Shown here: positions 1-9,210 of the stretch, piece after piece
Position numbering within the stretch: position 1 is the stretch's first letter
How the letters are laid out: each line of letters starts with the position of its first letter
Assembly: GCF_963662935.2 (NCBI RefSeq)
Contig: NZ_CAXXTL010000001.1
Coordinates: 525,056-589,055 of the forward strand
DNA length: 64,000 nucleotides
From: an uncultured Desulfobulbus sp.
GTDB lineage: Bacteria > Desulfobacterota > Desulfobulbia > Desulfobulbales > Desulfobulbaceae
Direction of reading: 5' to 3'
Program-made: the position numbers and the translations under genes
The notes under the pieces: generated by a model
The model's database searches: none
What the model saw: the letters and a program-made list of their open reading frames with translations, nothing else
Told to the model about the DNA's origin: nothing

Positions 1-1265
1 CTGCGCACCAGCCAGCGTTCCTTGAACACCCTGGTGTAAAAGGCATTGATGAAGTAGGCGCGGGACTGGACAAAGGATTTGGCGAATTCGGCCAGCACCG
101 CTTTATCCGCTGCCTCTGCTCCTGCCAACAGGGCGCGGGCGATTGATCGACCTTCCTGCAGGCCACTGCTGAAGGAGCAGCCGCGGAAGAGCAGGGAGAC
201 GTGGTAGCGGTCGGGCCGGAAGATGAGGCTGAGGTAACCGGCCAGGGAATCCTGCAAGCGATTGAATTCGCCGGGAAAGGCATAGACGCGGTCCGCCTCC
301 GGGCCGGGATTGAGCTCCCGCAGCCGCCGTTTGGCCCAGCTGTCAAGGCGGTCGACCAGGGCGGCGAAAAAGGCGGCGTACTCCTCCTGGTTGAAGGCCT
401 CGAGGGTCATGTTCCGGCGATTCCAACCCAGGGCCTGCTTGCGCTCCTCGGCCGAGAGCGAGGCGCAGAATTCGGCGAATCCGTAGACCAGGTCGAGCTT
501 GGAGACCATGATGTTGACCGGAAACTCGATGCCTAGGGTCGAGACCAGCTCCTGCAGTTTATCGCGGATAGTTAGCGCCTTGGCTTTGAGGATCTCCGGC
601 GGGTCTTGAAGCAGGGAGGTGGCAGGAATGGTAACAATGACGCCGTTGATCGGGCAGCGCGGCCGATGGTTGGCGAGCAGTTTGAGAAAGGACAGCCATT
701 CCTCGCGGTCCGGGGCGGTATCGACCGGCATGGTAAACCGGCCGGCCGTGTCCAGGATCACCGCTTCGTTGGTGAACCACCAGTCACAGTTGACCGTGCC
801 TCCAGTCCCGGAGAGGGAATCCTTGCCCAAGGGAAAATCCAATCCGGATTCGCGCAGGGTAGTGGTTTTACCGGACTGCGGCTCGCCGATCAGCAGCACC
901 CAGGGCAGGTCGTAAATCCGCACCTTGGTCGCCTTGAGGGTGAGCATGGCCTCGGCCCAGCGGTCCTTGATCCCCTGCACTGCCACTTTGGCCTGCTGGC
1001 GCTGTTGTTCGCGGGCCGCTCCATCCTGCCCCAGGGCCTGCTCCATTCGGTCGCCCCGCCGTCGTTCCAAGAGTTTCCACAGCAAGACGATGGCCAGGAT
1101 AAGCAGGATACACAGCAGCAGGCCGCCAAGGCCGAGCAGGAAGAAGCGCAACCCCATGGTCTTCCAGATAAGGAAGAGCAGGACCGCTGCCGCCACTGCG
1201 GCCAGGGTGCCGATGATGGCGAGAAAGACCTTCGATTTGATCAAGTCCAGAAAAACGCTGAGCAT
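1..1265 (-). CDS. tssM: Type VI secretion membrane complex protein TssM/IcmF, N-terminal part (continues beyond window edge)
   Basis: Not in the ORF track because it has no stop in the window. Read by hand from ATG 1265: MLSVFLDLIKSK..., TM helices, then LPWVLLIGEPQSGKTT (Walker A), CDWWFTNEAVILDTAGR, PINGVIV and SKLDLVYGF, all typical IcmF motifs. Confidence 0.92.
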   Translation of the reverse strand, partial: MLSVFLDLIKSKVFLAIIGTLAAVAAAVLLFLIWKTMGLRFFLLGLGGLLLCILLILAIVLLWKLLERRRGDRMEQALGQDGAAREQQRQQAKVAVQGIKDRWAEAMLTLKATKVRIYDLPWVLLIGEPQSGKTTTLRESGLDFPLGKDSLSGTGGTVNCDWWFTNEAVILDTAGRFTMPVDTAPDREEWLSFLKLLANHRPRCPINGVIVTIPATSLLQDPPEILKAKALTIRDKLQELVSTLGIEFPVNIMVSKLDLVYGFAEFCASLSAEERKQALGWNRRNMTLEAFNQEEYAAFFAALVDRLDSWAKRRLRELNPGPEADRVYAFPGEFNRLQDSLAGYLSLIFRPDRYHVSLLFRGCSFSSGLQEGRSIARALLAGAEAADKAVLAEFAKSFVQSRAYFINAFYTRVFKERWLVR

Positions 1266-1298
1266 AAGCCTTGGGTATCCTTACACGGGTTGCGGTTC

Positions 1299-1961
1299 TT
1301 ATAGCATACGGGCAATGGCATGGATGGTTTCGGCAATGGATGACCAGAGCCACTGGCTGGCGATGAAATAGCCGATGGTGGCCACCACCAGGACCGTGAC
1401 CACGGTGGAGATGCCGAAGATCCGAGGCATGACCTTGTCACCGCCGGTAAAGGCCCAGTCGGCGCCGGGGGTAAGGACCCTTTCGTCGTCGGGCAACCGC
1501 GCCGGCGAGACCGCATACACCCGCTGCTTGATATCGATAAGTTCGTTCTCGCGGCTGCGGAACTTGCCGCGAAAGCCGAGCGCCAGGCAGATGTAGAAAA
1601 ATTCGGCCAGCTCGGGATCGCGGTAACCGTCCCGCTCCAGCAGGTCAAAAAAGCGCTCGCCGGCGACGCTGGTCTTGAACATCTCCATCTCCAGCAGTTT
1701 TTCCCGCCATTCCTTGGCCCTGCTCCAGGTGGAGGAAAGAAGCACCTCATCGGCCAGCCCCACCAGCAGATAACGGATGGTTTCGGCCCTGGCATGCAGC
1801 GAAGGCGATTGGCGCACATTGGTGTCGACCATCTGCAGGGTGTTGAGGAGATCTTTGCGCAAACCGTAGAGATCGATCTCCGCGCCAGTTTCCAGGCGGT
1901 AGCGGAAGCCGAGGAGAAAATCGATCATCGGCTTGACCGCGGTTCTGAGCGGGCTGGACAT
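1299..1961 (-). CDS. tssL: Type VI secretion protein TssL/DotU (short form, no OmpA domain)
   Basis: Motifs LADEVLL, AGERFFDLL and FYICLALGFRGKF, a C-terminal TM helix, and position between tssK and tssM. Confidence 0.92.
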   Translation of the reverse strand: MSSPLRTAVKPMIDFLLGFRYRLETGAEIDLYGLRKDLLNTLQMVDTNVRQSPSLHARAETIRYLLVGLADEVLLSSTWSRAKEWREKLLEMEMFKTSVAGERFFDLLERDGYRDPELAEFFYICLALGFRGKFRSRENELIDIKQRVYAVSPARLPDDERVLTPGADWAFTGGDKVMPRIFGISTVVTVLVVATIGYFIASQWLWSSIAETIHAIARML

Positions 1962-3355
1962 TACCGTTCTCCTTTGACGACATGCACATAGAGGCTGATG
2001 TCAGAGGTCACCTCCACCGGAATGCCGTGGATCACGAGCAGCAGGTCGCGGAAGAGATCCTGCCAGAACTCGGATTGCCGGGAAAGGTCGACCTGAAAAT
2101 AGTGCAGGCCGCTCCGGTCGGGCAGGCCGGAGGGGATGCGCCGCAAGCGCTGGCAGTTCAGCCCTCGGGTCCGGGCGATCAGCATCTCGTCGATGCGCGA
2201 TGGCGGGCCGATTTTGACCCGGTAGTCGCTGAGCATGGCATCGACATTGGCTTCGGACATTTCGGTGTTCATACAGAGATAGGCAATCACCTGGACATTG
2301 GGTTCCGGATCGAGCCATTCCTTGTCGATGCGGCAGAAGCGGCGCTCGCCGTCGACCTCGAAACGGCGGTGGATGTAATCGACCACCACGCCGCCTTCGA
2401 CCATCCGCTCGATCAGCCTCAGCACCGTCTCCATCACCGGATAGAGGTTGTCATGGTCGTAGGCCGGGGCCTCCAGCGGGGTTTCGGGGTAGAGCACGAT
2501 CAGGTCACCGAGCATGCGCACCAATTCCAGGTACAGGGCATAAGGATGGGTTTGGTGGACGTTCAAAAGCTGCTGCAGGACCAGGCTGTAGCTGGCCATG
2601 ACCTTCAGCCGGGTCAGGTTGCCCAGCACCCGCAGCGGGTCGCTGGTCAAAGAGATGCGCTTGGAGATGAGTTCACCCTGGAGGAAGGTCGCCTGATTGC
2701 GGATCTTGACGACCACATTCTTCACCCGCTCCCGGAGATACATGGAGGCCCCGAGATTGAGCAACGGCGGGATATAGGCGGCATGAAAAACTGGCTGCTT
2801 GTCGGAAGACCAAACCAACTCGCCCACCTTGACGGCCTCGAACTGATCGCCGGGCGCGGCCCCGAAGGTAATCTGCACATTCCACAGCCGCGACTGGATT
2901 ACCTGGCCATTCTCGCCGCTGTTCTCGTCAACAATGGTATTTTCCTTGAGTATGCAGGGGCGCGGAATCCCTTTGTTGGGCTCGTCAAGCTCGTGGACCA
3001 GGGGCCGGTTCGGCTCAGCCCGCTTGACTGCGAACCAGACCGCCAGCGGTTCATCCAGCTGACTGGTCAAATCGGTAAACGAACACTCCTCGGCAGAGGC
3101 GTTGTTGGGGATGTTGAGCCAGGTCCCGTCCTTGAGACGCAGGACCGCCTGATCCACTTTGATCCGAAAACCGACAAGCGCCGTCGGATTGATCTGCAGC
3201 GCCGCAATCCCCCACCAGTGGGCGGTGAGATACATCAGCTGTTCGCGCTCGAGCATGGAGGATCGGCGGCGCTGGGTCTGAAAATGATGGGGCTGCAGCA
3301 GCATCCCCTCATACCAGTGAACGTCGGCTGATTCGGCTTCGATTTCGTTGATCAC
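1961..3355 (-). CDS. tssK: Type VI secretion baseplate protein TssK
   Basis: VHWYEGMLLQPHHFQ, YIPPLL, HPYALYLEL and YDHDNL motifs; 464 aa. Confidence 0.92.
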   Translation of the reverse strand: MINEIEAESADVHWYEGMLLQPHHFQTQRRRSSMLEREQLMYLTAHWWGIAALQINPTALVGFRIKVDQAVLRLKDGTWLNIPNNASAEECSFTDLTSQLDEPLAVWFAVKRAEPNRPLVHELDEPNKGIPRPCILKENTIVDENSGENGQVIQSRLWNVQITFGAAPGDQFEAVKVGELVWSSDKQPVFHAAYIPPLLNLGASMYLRERVKNVVVKIRNQATFLQGELISKRISLTSDPLRVLGNLTRLKVMASYSLVLQQLLNVHQTHPYALYLELVRMLGDLIVLYPETPLEAPAYDHDNLYPVMETVLRLIERMVEGGVVVDYIHRRFEVDGERRFCRIDKEWLDPEPNVQVIAYLCMNTEMSEANVDAMLSDYRVKIGPPSRIDEMLIARTRGLNCQRLRRIPSGLPDRSGLHYFQVDLSRQSEFWQDLFRDLLLVIHGIPVEVTSDISLYVHVVKGER

Positions 3356-3798
3356 GGCACCAGCTCCAGGAGGTTTTTCTTGACTTTGATCAAGTAGCTA
3401 TCGTGGAAGGACTCTTTTTTCGAGTCAATCACCAGCTGCTGCTGTTCGCGTTGGCTGGTGCTCTCATAATCGGCATAGATAATGATCTTGCCGGTCTCCT
3501 TCTGCACCTTCACAGTCACCGTCCTCACTCCGCCGTCCTTGATCGCCAACTTCTGAATCTCTTCCGGGGGCAGCCGCTCGCGCTGGTCACTGCCGAACCA
3601 CTCGTCCGGCGAGATGCTCAGGATCGAGGCCGCCTTATTCTCCTCCACGGCCACCACGTCGATCGGCAGGAGAATGCCGTTGTTGATCGAATCGTCTGCC
3701 TTAAGCTGCAGGGTGACATCGGTCTGTTTCGGGCCGCCCGCGCATCCAGAGAGTGCAAACGCAAGCAGCATGCTGATACCAAGAATTTTTTGTCTCAT
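3352..3798 (-). CDS. tssJ: TssJ-like outer membrane lipoprotein
   Basis: Lipobox LSGC, ADDSINNG..PIDVV and IYADY; lies directly upstream of tssK. Confidence 0.7.
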   Translation of the reverse strand: MRQKILGISMLLAFALSGCAGGPKQTDVTLQLKADDSINNGILLPIDVVAVEENKAASILSISPDEWFGSDQRERLPPEEIQKLAIKDGGVRTVTVKVQKETGKIIIYADYESTSQREQQQLVIDSKKESFHDSYLIKVKKNLLELVP

Positions 3799-3846
3799 CC
3801 TGATCCTCCTTTGATCAATACTGACGCATGCGATGCACGCTGGAAG

Positions 3847-5244
3847 CTAGATTGCTAATTGCTGAATTTTTTTCCTGATGATGTCCCGAATAATGGTTTC
3901 ACTGGCTCCCTCACTTTCCAGACGGCCGAGCAGGGTCTTCATCTTGATGGTCCACTCATCGGCAGCGATGCCTTTTTTGCCGATCGGCAAACCGAGCCCC
4001 CGATTGTCTTTCATCTCCGCGGCCGCATGCTCCAAGGTGAGCAGGAGATGCTCGCCAAAGGCCTTGTAGCCGTCCCGCTGCGAGGCCAGGATGACCACCA
4101 GGAGGTTGTACAGAGCGTCGAGGTGGTGTTTCAGCTCCTGCGGCGAGACGAGAGCCTCGCTCAACCGCCGCTCGAGTCCGGGCGGGCGGACTTCCTGGCG
4201 GCTGGCTACCGGGTTCAGGGCGTCGGCCAGAAAGCCGGTGACCAGCACCTCCAGCCGCTGGCCGAAGGTTTTCCAGATTTCCTCGCATCCGGCTGCGGGC
4301 TGCGGCGACGGTGTGGCCGCTGGTCTGAGCAGGGTTGGCCGTCCCTCGGCTGGCGACGACGTCACAGTGGCAACCGGCGGCGGGGCCTGTTCAGGTTGTG
4401 TGCCGCGGAAGGCCTCGATAACAGCGGCATCGGTGGCGTTTTGCTGCATCGCCTCCCGATAGGTCTCGAGGAAACGGGGGTCCTGGCTGATATAGCGGGC
4501 CGCCAGACTCCTCCCTTCCTTGATCAGCGCCGCCAAGCTCTCCTTGATGCCGATGACCTCCTGCCGCTCTTCACCGGCCAGGTCGAGCAAACGCCAGAGA
4601 CGGGGGGCAACGGTCAGAGTGCCGGGATCGCCCCGGAAGGCGCGCTCGACCGGGACATCATGCAGCCATTTGGCCAGGATCTGATACCTGTCCGGTGCAG
4701 CTGCCCTGCGCTCACAATCGTATACCACGCCGCTTCCGCCTCGGATCTGGGTCATCAGGGCGAGGAAAAACCGGTCCACATCACAGTACAACCGGTTCGG
4801 CGTCGCCTCATCGGCCAAGGCGGTAAACAACCGTTCCCAAACTTGAGCCAGTTCGGCAGTCATGGGATAGCGGCTCCGCGGATCCTCAAAGTTCAAGCCA
4901 CCGAAAACCAGAGGCGCTGCCCCCTCTTGCGCCAGGGTGAAAAGCAGGACCGTTGACCCCAGAAGGAGCACGTCGCCGTTTTTCAGCGGGTAGCTCCGGT
5001 CGGGGCTGAGCCGTTGACTGGCCAGATAGGTGCCGTTGGTGCTGCCGAGGTCACGCACGCACCAGTCATGCCCTTCCCGGACGATCTCCAGATGCCGGCC
5101 GGAGACTTGGTCGTCAAGCGCCAGGGACAGGGCATTGCCCACCTTTCTCCCGGCGGTGCCAGGTCCGGCGAGGCAGCAGCGGAGTCCGTCCATGGGGCCG
5201 CCGATGACCTCAAATTCCACACACTCCGCCATTAGAGCGTGCAT
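3847..5244 (-). CDS. FHA domain protein with a central Clp-N-like helical region
   Basis: FHA motifs GR, SGRH and DLGSTNGT. The central segment APRLWRLLDLA...LAALIKEGRSLAARYI resembles a Clp N-repeat. Confidence 0.75.
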   Translation of the reverse strand: MHALMAECVEFEVIGGPMDGLRCCLAGPGTAGRKVGNALSLALDDQVSGRHLEIVREGHDWCVRDLGSTNGTYLASQRLSPDRSYPLKNGDVLLLGSTVLLFTLAQEGAAPLVFGGLNFEDPRSRYPMTAELAQVWERLFTALADEATPNRLYCDVDRFFLALMTQIRGGSGVVYDCERRAAAPDRYQILAKWLHDVPVERAFRGDPGTLTVAPRLWRLLDLAGEERQEVIGIKESLAALIKEGRSLAARYISQDPRFLETYREAMQQNATDAAVIEAFRGTQPEQAPPPVATVTSSPAEGRPTLLRPAATPSPQPAAGCEEIWKTFGQRLEVLVTGFLADALNPVASRQEVRPPGLERRLSEALVSPQELKHHLDALYNLLVVILASQRDGYKAFGEHLLLTLEHAAAEMKDNRGLGLPIGKKGIAADEWTIKMKTLLGRLESEGASETIIRDIIRKKIQQLAI

Positions 5245-6623
5245 CCGGGGATTTGTTTGGCCAGTTCGACCGCCTCGCTCCTGAGGGGAGAGGTTGACGG
5301 GATATCTTTCAAATAATCGCAGGCATCCAGGGGTTTGCCTTCGGTCAGATAGCTCTTGGCCTTGCTGAGATAATGGCTATGGAGGCTGCTGGTCGGCGCC
5401 TGCGGTTCCCCCTGCTTTGCCGGGGGCGGAGGGGCGACCGGCGGTGCCTGGGTTGCGGCTGGCGGAGTCTGCCGACTTGACTCAACCGGGGGCGAAGCCG
5501 GGCTGCGCAGCCAGAAATAGAGGCCGACGCCCACGGCGAGGAGTAGTCCCAACCCCAGGCCGCCGTACAGCAGCAGCTTTGTGTTCAACGGTCCTTTTTT
5601 CCCTTGATCCGGCGCGGATGCGGCACTGGCGAAGGGTTTGTCCCCACTCTGACTGGGAAAGGCAGGTTGACGGAAATCGTAGGCAGGCTGAGCTGGCTGC
5701 GTGCTGGGGAATCGTACCTCTGCCTGCCCGGTGGGAAAGACGGGTGCGTTCGGCTGGTCAGCGGCGAAAAAGGATTTGTCGTTCGCCGGAGGCTGGCCGA
5801 AAGGCCCTTGGTCCTCGGACGGTGGCCAGACCGGTGGGGTGGATCGCGACGGCCGCTCCGGCGGCGGAACGGCGGCACCGGGCAGATGACGGGCTATGGC
5901 GGCCGGATCGCTCATGAGAATGGTTGCATCGTTATCGATCTTTTTCCTGATCCGGCAGGTTACGTTGCCGATGGTCAGCGAACAGGGAACGATTATCTCC
6001 AGGTTGGTCGATTTGTAGACCTGGCTGGCATAAACCAGGCCGTTCAGCCCCAGGACCTGCACCGCAATCCGGTCGCCGCTTCGCTGCAGGATCAGGTGAT
6101 TGCGGCTCAGGGTCTTGTCGATGATGACGATGTCCTGGCTGGAATCCCGGCCGACAGTGACCAGCTGGCCATCACGCAGCGGATGTACATTGGCCGGATC
6201 TGCCTGCTCGACCTCAAACCACATATCATCCTGCGGTGTCGAATACGTCTGGTATTCAGAAGGGGAGAGTGACGGACTCTGGGGCGAAGATGGCGGATTC
6301 GGTGCAGAAAATGAAAGATTCTGAGCCTGAAAGGAGGGGGAGGCTGAGGGAAACGACAGCTCTGGACTCGGCGGCGCAAATGAGGGCCTTGGGTCCGGAG
6401 GCACAAACGCAGAACCCTGTTCCGGCGCCGGAAAGGTCAGGCCCGGTGCTGGCGTGGGGGGAGGGGGCGAAAAAGCCGGACCCTGAGGCGGGGCATGAGG
6501 AGGAAACGAGGGTTCCGGGGGTGGTGGGGTAACCACATCGGGCGTGCGCTCCTCCTCCTGGGAAGACGGGCGGATAAAGCCGCCAATGCGGGTCATGTCG
6601 TCTTTCTGGGAAAAATTGTCCAT
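5232..6623 (-). CDS. Pro-rich membrane-anchored FHA domain protein
   Basis: VGRD..SRNH..NG FHA core flanked by Pro-rich linkers, one TM helix (LLYGGLGLGLLLAVGVGLYFW) and a short C-terminal helical domain. Confidence 0.75.
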   Translation of the reverse strand: MDNFSQKDDMTRIGGFIRPSSQEEERTPDVVTPPPPEPSFPPHAPPQGPAFSPPPPTPAPGLTFPAPEQGSAFVPPDPRPSFAPPSPELSFPSASPSFQAQNLSFSAPNPPSSPQSPSLSPSEYQTYSTPQDDMWFEVEQADPANVHPLRDGQLVTVGRDSSQDIVIIDKTLSRNHLILQRSGDRIAVQVLGLNGLVYASQVYKSTNLEIIVPCSLTIGNVTCRIRKKIDNDATILMSDPAAIARHLPGAAVPPPERPSRSTPPVWPPSEDQGPFGQPPANDKSFFAADQPNAPVFPTGQAEVRFPSTQPAQPAYDFRQPAFPSQSGDKPFASAASAPDQGKKGPLNTKLLLYGGLGLGLLLAVGVGLYFWLRSPASPPVESSRQTPPAATQAPPVAPPPPAKQGEPQAPTSSLHSHYLSKAKSYLTEGKPLDACDYLKDIPSTSPLRSEAVELAKQIPGCTL

Positions 6624-6731
6624 GGATGCATCCTCAGTATGGCCAGCCAGTCATCAGTCTGTGCCAGGTGTTCATTTGCTGCAGGAGGGTCTGCGCTGCT
6701 GGCCCACAACTCCTTGCTGAGAAATCCTTTT

Positions 6732-7910
6732 CTACTTCCGTTGCGCAAAGGGGAGCCGCTCTTTAATCGCGGCAACCTTGGCTATCGAGATATCCGGGTA
6801 GGGGATATCCGGCTGTACCCCGACTTGCGTGCAGGTGGAGTCATCGGCAAAATGAATTGCCAGAGTGGTCAGCCACAGTTCGCCACCGTCGGAAAGCTTG
6901 AATACGGTCTGGGATTCGCACTTGCCGTAAGTGCGCTCGCCTATCAGGGGGGCAAGGGTGTAACTCTTAAAAATGCCTGCCAGCACTTCGGCGGCGCTGG
7001 CGGTGCGGCTATCCATCAGGATGCCGCTCGGCCGCGGCAGTTTAGTTCCGGCAGGGGAACTGTAGGCATGGATCTTGCCCGTGCGGTCATAGGTGGAGAT
7101 TAGAGGAAAACCTGTAGGGACAAACAGGCCCGCAATCTCCAGGGCTTCAAACAGATCGCCACCTGCGCAGCCGCGCAGGTCGAGGACCAGGGTCGCACCG
7201 GAACGGTGGAGGGTCGTGTAGAGGCTAGCAAAAAAAGGGGCGGTCTCGTGTGAGACGAAATCGGAGATCTGGATAAAGGTGGCGTTGCCTGCCTCGCGGG
7301 TGGTGGTGGACCCGAGTTTGGCAGAAGAAGGGAGGATAGTGTAGCGTTTTACCTTGCCGTCGCTGATGCGGACGACCACCTTACCCTCCCGGATTGCCCT
7401 ATCAATCAGGGCCGAGGTTTGCTGGACATCTCCGGCAACCGGGGTGCCGTTCACCTCCCGCAATTCACCAATTTCGGGAACGCCCTGCAGGCTGGCCGGC
7501 CCGCCCGGTTCCGGGGTGACCCATATTCGAGCCTTGTAGGCAAAGATATTCAGCCCAATCCGCGGGGATGAGGCGGCGGGTTGGGGGACAGCGGCGAGCG
7601 GCAGGTAGCGGGCGTGAGAATCGAGCGCGTGCAGCCGTTCGTTCAACTGTTCCATGTTCAGCTGGGAGAGCGACTGTTCCGATGGCGGGTTGAGCGCCTT
7701 CTGGGCAATGAGCGTGCGAATCTCGGCAAGAGGAGGGGGCTGTGAACAGACTGCGTCAATCGTCCAGCCACAGACTGATAACACCAGCATCAACAGCAAC
7801 CATGCTGAATTGCACAACGGACTGCGGCAGGCAGCGGAGGCAGTCGCAGGGCGGCAAACCCGGAAGAAAGCCTTTATTCGCGAGGACCAAACACGCTCAG
7901 TGGATGGCAT
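6732..7910 (-). CDS. S41 family (CtpA-like) serine peptidase
   Basis: LDLRGCAGG, TASAAEVLA, GERTYGK and GVQPD motifs; hydrophobic N-terminal segment; start codon uncertain. Confidence 0.85.
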   Translation of the reverse strand: MPSTERVWSSRIKAFFRVCRPATASAACRSPLCNSAWLLLMLVLSVCGWTIDAVCSQPPPLAEIRTLIAQKALNPPSEQSLSQLNMEQLNERLHALDSHARYLPLAAVPQPAASSPRIGLNIFAYKARIWVTPEPGGPASLQGVPEIGELREVNGTPVAGDVQQTSALIDRAIREGKVVVRISDGKVKRYTILPSSAKLGSTTTREAGNATFIQISDFVSHETAPFFASLYTTLHRSGATLVLDLRGCAGGDLFEALEIAGLFVPTGFPLISTYDRTGKIHAYSSPAGTKLPRPSGILMDSRTASAAEVLAGIFKSYTLAPLIGERTYGKCESQTVFKLSDGGELWLTTLAIHFADDSTCTQVGVQPDIPYPDISIAKVAAIKERLPFAQRK

Positions 7911-8448
7911 TCGAGAGGGCCTGATAGTATTTGTTCAGTTTCCGGTATTCGTCAGCCAATCGATCCCGCTCAAGCTCCAGAACTTGGGCCTGATCGGGAT
8001 CCGTACCGCTACCACCCTTGCGGTCGAGTTCGGCGATGGAGGTCCTTTGTTGCTCAATCCGTTGATGGGTCTGCTGAATCTGCTCCAGCAGGGAAGCGGC
8101 CTCCTTCTTTTGCTTTTCGGATTGCAGTCGCAGTTTACTGACATTGGCCTTGAGGGTGCTCAGCTTTTTCTCCAGAGACACCACCTGCTTCTGTTCTTGG
8201 GCAAGTTTCTGGTCCTGGATCTCCCGCTCACTCTTTAGCGCCAATGATTGCTGGTAGAGCTGCTGGTTAGTTTGCTGCTCCTGATCGAGCTGTTGCCGCC
8301 GCTGTTGTTGCCGCTCCTCGTATTTGCCTGAGGAGGTGCCGTGCCAATACCCCGCCAGCCCGCCCTGGCGTGGGTCATCGGAAACCGGCCCGCAACCTGC
8401 GGTAAGGACGAGAAAGAACATCCCTGTCCAGAAAGCCTTGGCGTTCAT
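7897..8448 (-). CDS. Coiled-coil lipoprotein
   Basis: Lipobox LTAGC, DPRQGG motif and a long Q/E/K-rich heptad region. Confidence 0.75.
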   Translation of the reverse strand: MNAKAFWTGMFFLVLTAGCGPVSDDPRQGGLAGYWHGTSSGKYEERQQQRRQQLDQEQQTNQQLYQQSLALKSEREIQDQKLAQEQKQVVSLEKKLSTLKANVSKLRLQSEKQKKEAASLLEQIQQTHQRIEQQRTSIAELDRKGGSGTDPDQAQVLELERDRLADEYRKLNKYYQALSNAIH

Positions 8449-8450
8449 GG

Positions 8451-9164
8451 CTATTTCTTAACCGTGAGATTATCGGCAAGTTTAGCCATCTGTTTGTTGT
8501 TGCTGTCCAGGGTATTGATTTGGTTGCGGAGCAGGGTGATTTCCTGCTCAAGACTGGCGACCTGCGGTGCGGATTTGCCGCCCTTGCTTTCCTGTTCCTG
8601 CTTGTATTGGGAGAGGGAAGTGAGCTCCTGATTGTAGTGCTCTAAATCCTTCTTGTTCTTTTCCAGGGTGCCGTTGACGTATTTCTGCTCTTCAGCGGTG
8701 AGATAAGCTTTGTCTTTCAGCGATTTCTTCTTCGATTGCAGCAGTTTGATTCTTTCTTTCAGATCGCTGATATCGCTCGCCAAGGCAGTATTCTGCTGTT
8801 GCAGGTCGGTGTTATATTTCTTGACTACATTGATTTCGCCATCGAGCCGATCCTCCTCGTTGGCGTACTGCTGTTTGCGTTCGGCGGCATTTGAGCCGTA
8901 TACGTACCCTGCCGCTCCGCCGCCCACCGCGCCGATGCCGGCGCCGATGAGCGCGCCCCGGCCACGGTTGTTGGAATCAAGGGCCGCCCCGGCTGCCGCA
9001 CCGACCAGTCCACCTAAAACAGCGCCGAGAGCGGTGCCCTCGGTCTTGGTCCGGGTTGCGTCATCGGTGGTTGATGTGTTGGGATCGCCTCCTTTCGCGG
9101 CGCAACCGGATAAGAAACAGAGGGTGATAAACAGTGCTGTTACTTTATGCAGGGTTGATCTCAT
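8451..9164 (-). CDS. Glycine-zipper coiled-coil lipoprotein (TagQ-like architecture)
   Basis: Start MRSTLHK after GGAG, lipobox LSGC, glycine zipper GAVLGGLVGAAAG...GALIGAGIGAVGG, then a coiled coil. Confidence 0.75.
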   Translation of the reverse strand: MRSTLHKVTALFITLCFLSGCAAKGGDPNTSTTDDATRTKTEGTALGAVLGGLVGAAAGAALDSNNRGRGALIGAGIGAVGGGAAGYVYGSNAAERKQQYANEEDRLDGEINVVKKYNTDLQQQNTALASDISDLKERIKLLQSKKKSLKDKAYLTAEEQKYVNGTLEKNKKDLEHYNQELTSLSQYKQEQESKGGKSAPQVASLEQEITLLRNQINTLDSNNKQMAKLADNLTVKK

Positions 9165-9210
9165 GGCGCTCCTTGCAGGGGATTGGTTGAAATGAGTTGC
9201 TTGTATTATT

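Noticed and set aside
1982-3331. Long plus-strand ORF (449 aa) and similar antisense ORFs over the T6SS, fdn, PKS and bEBP genes
   Set aside because: Shadow ORFs of GC-rich genes with clear motifs on the opposite strand.
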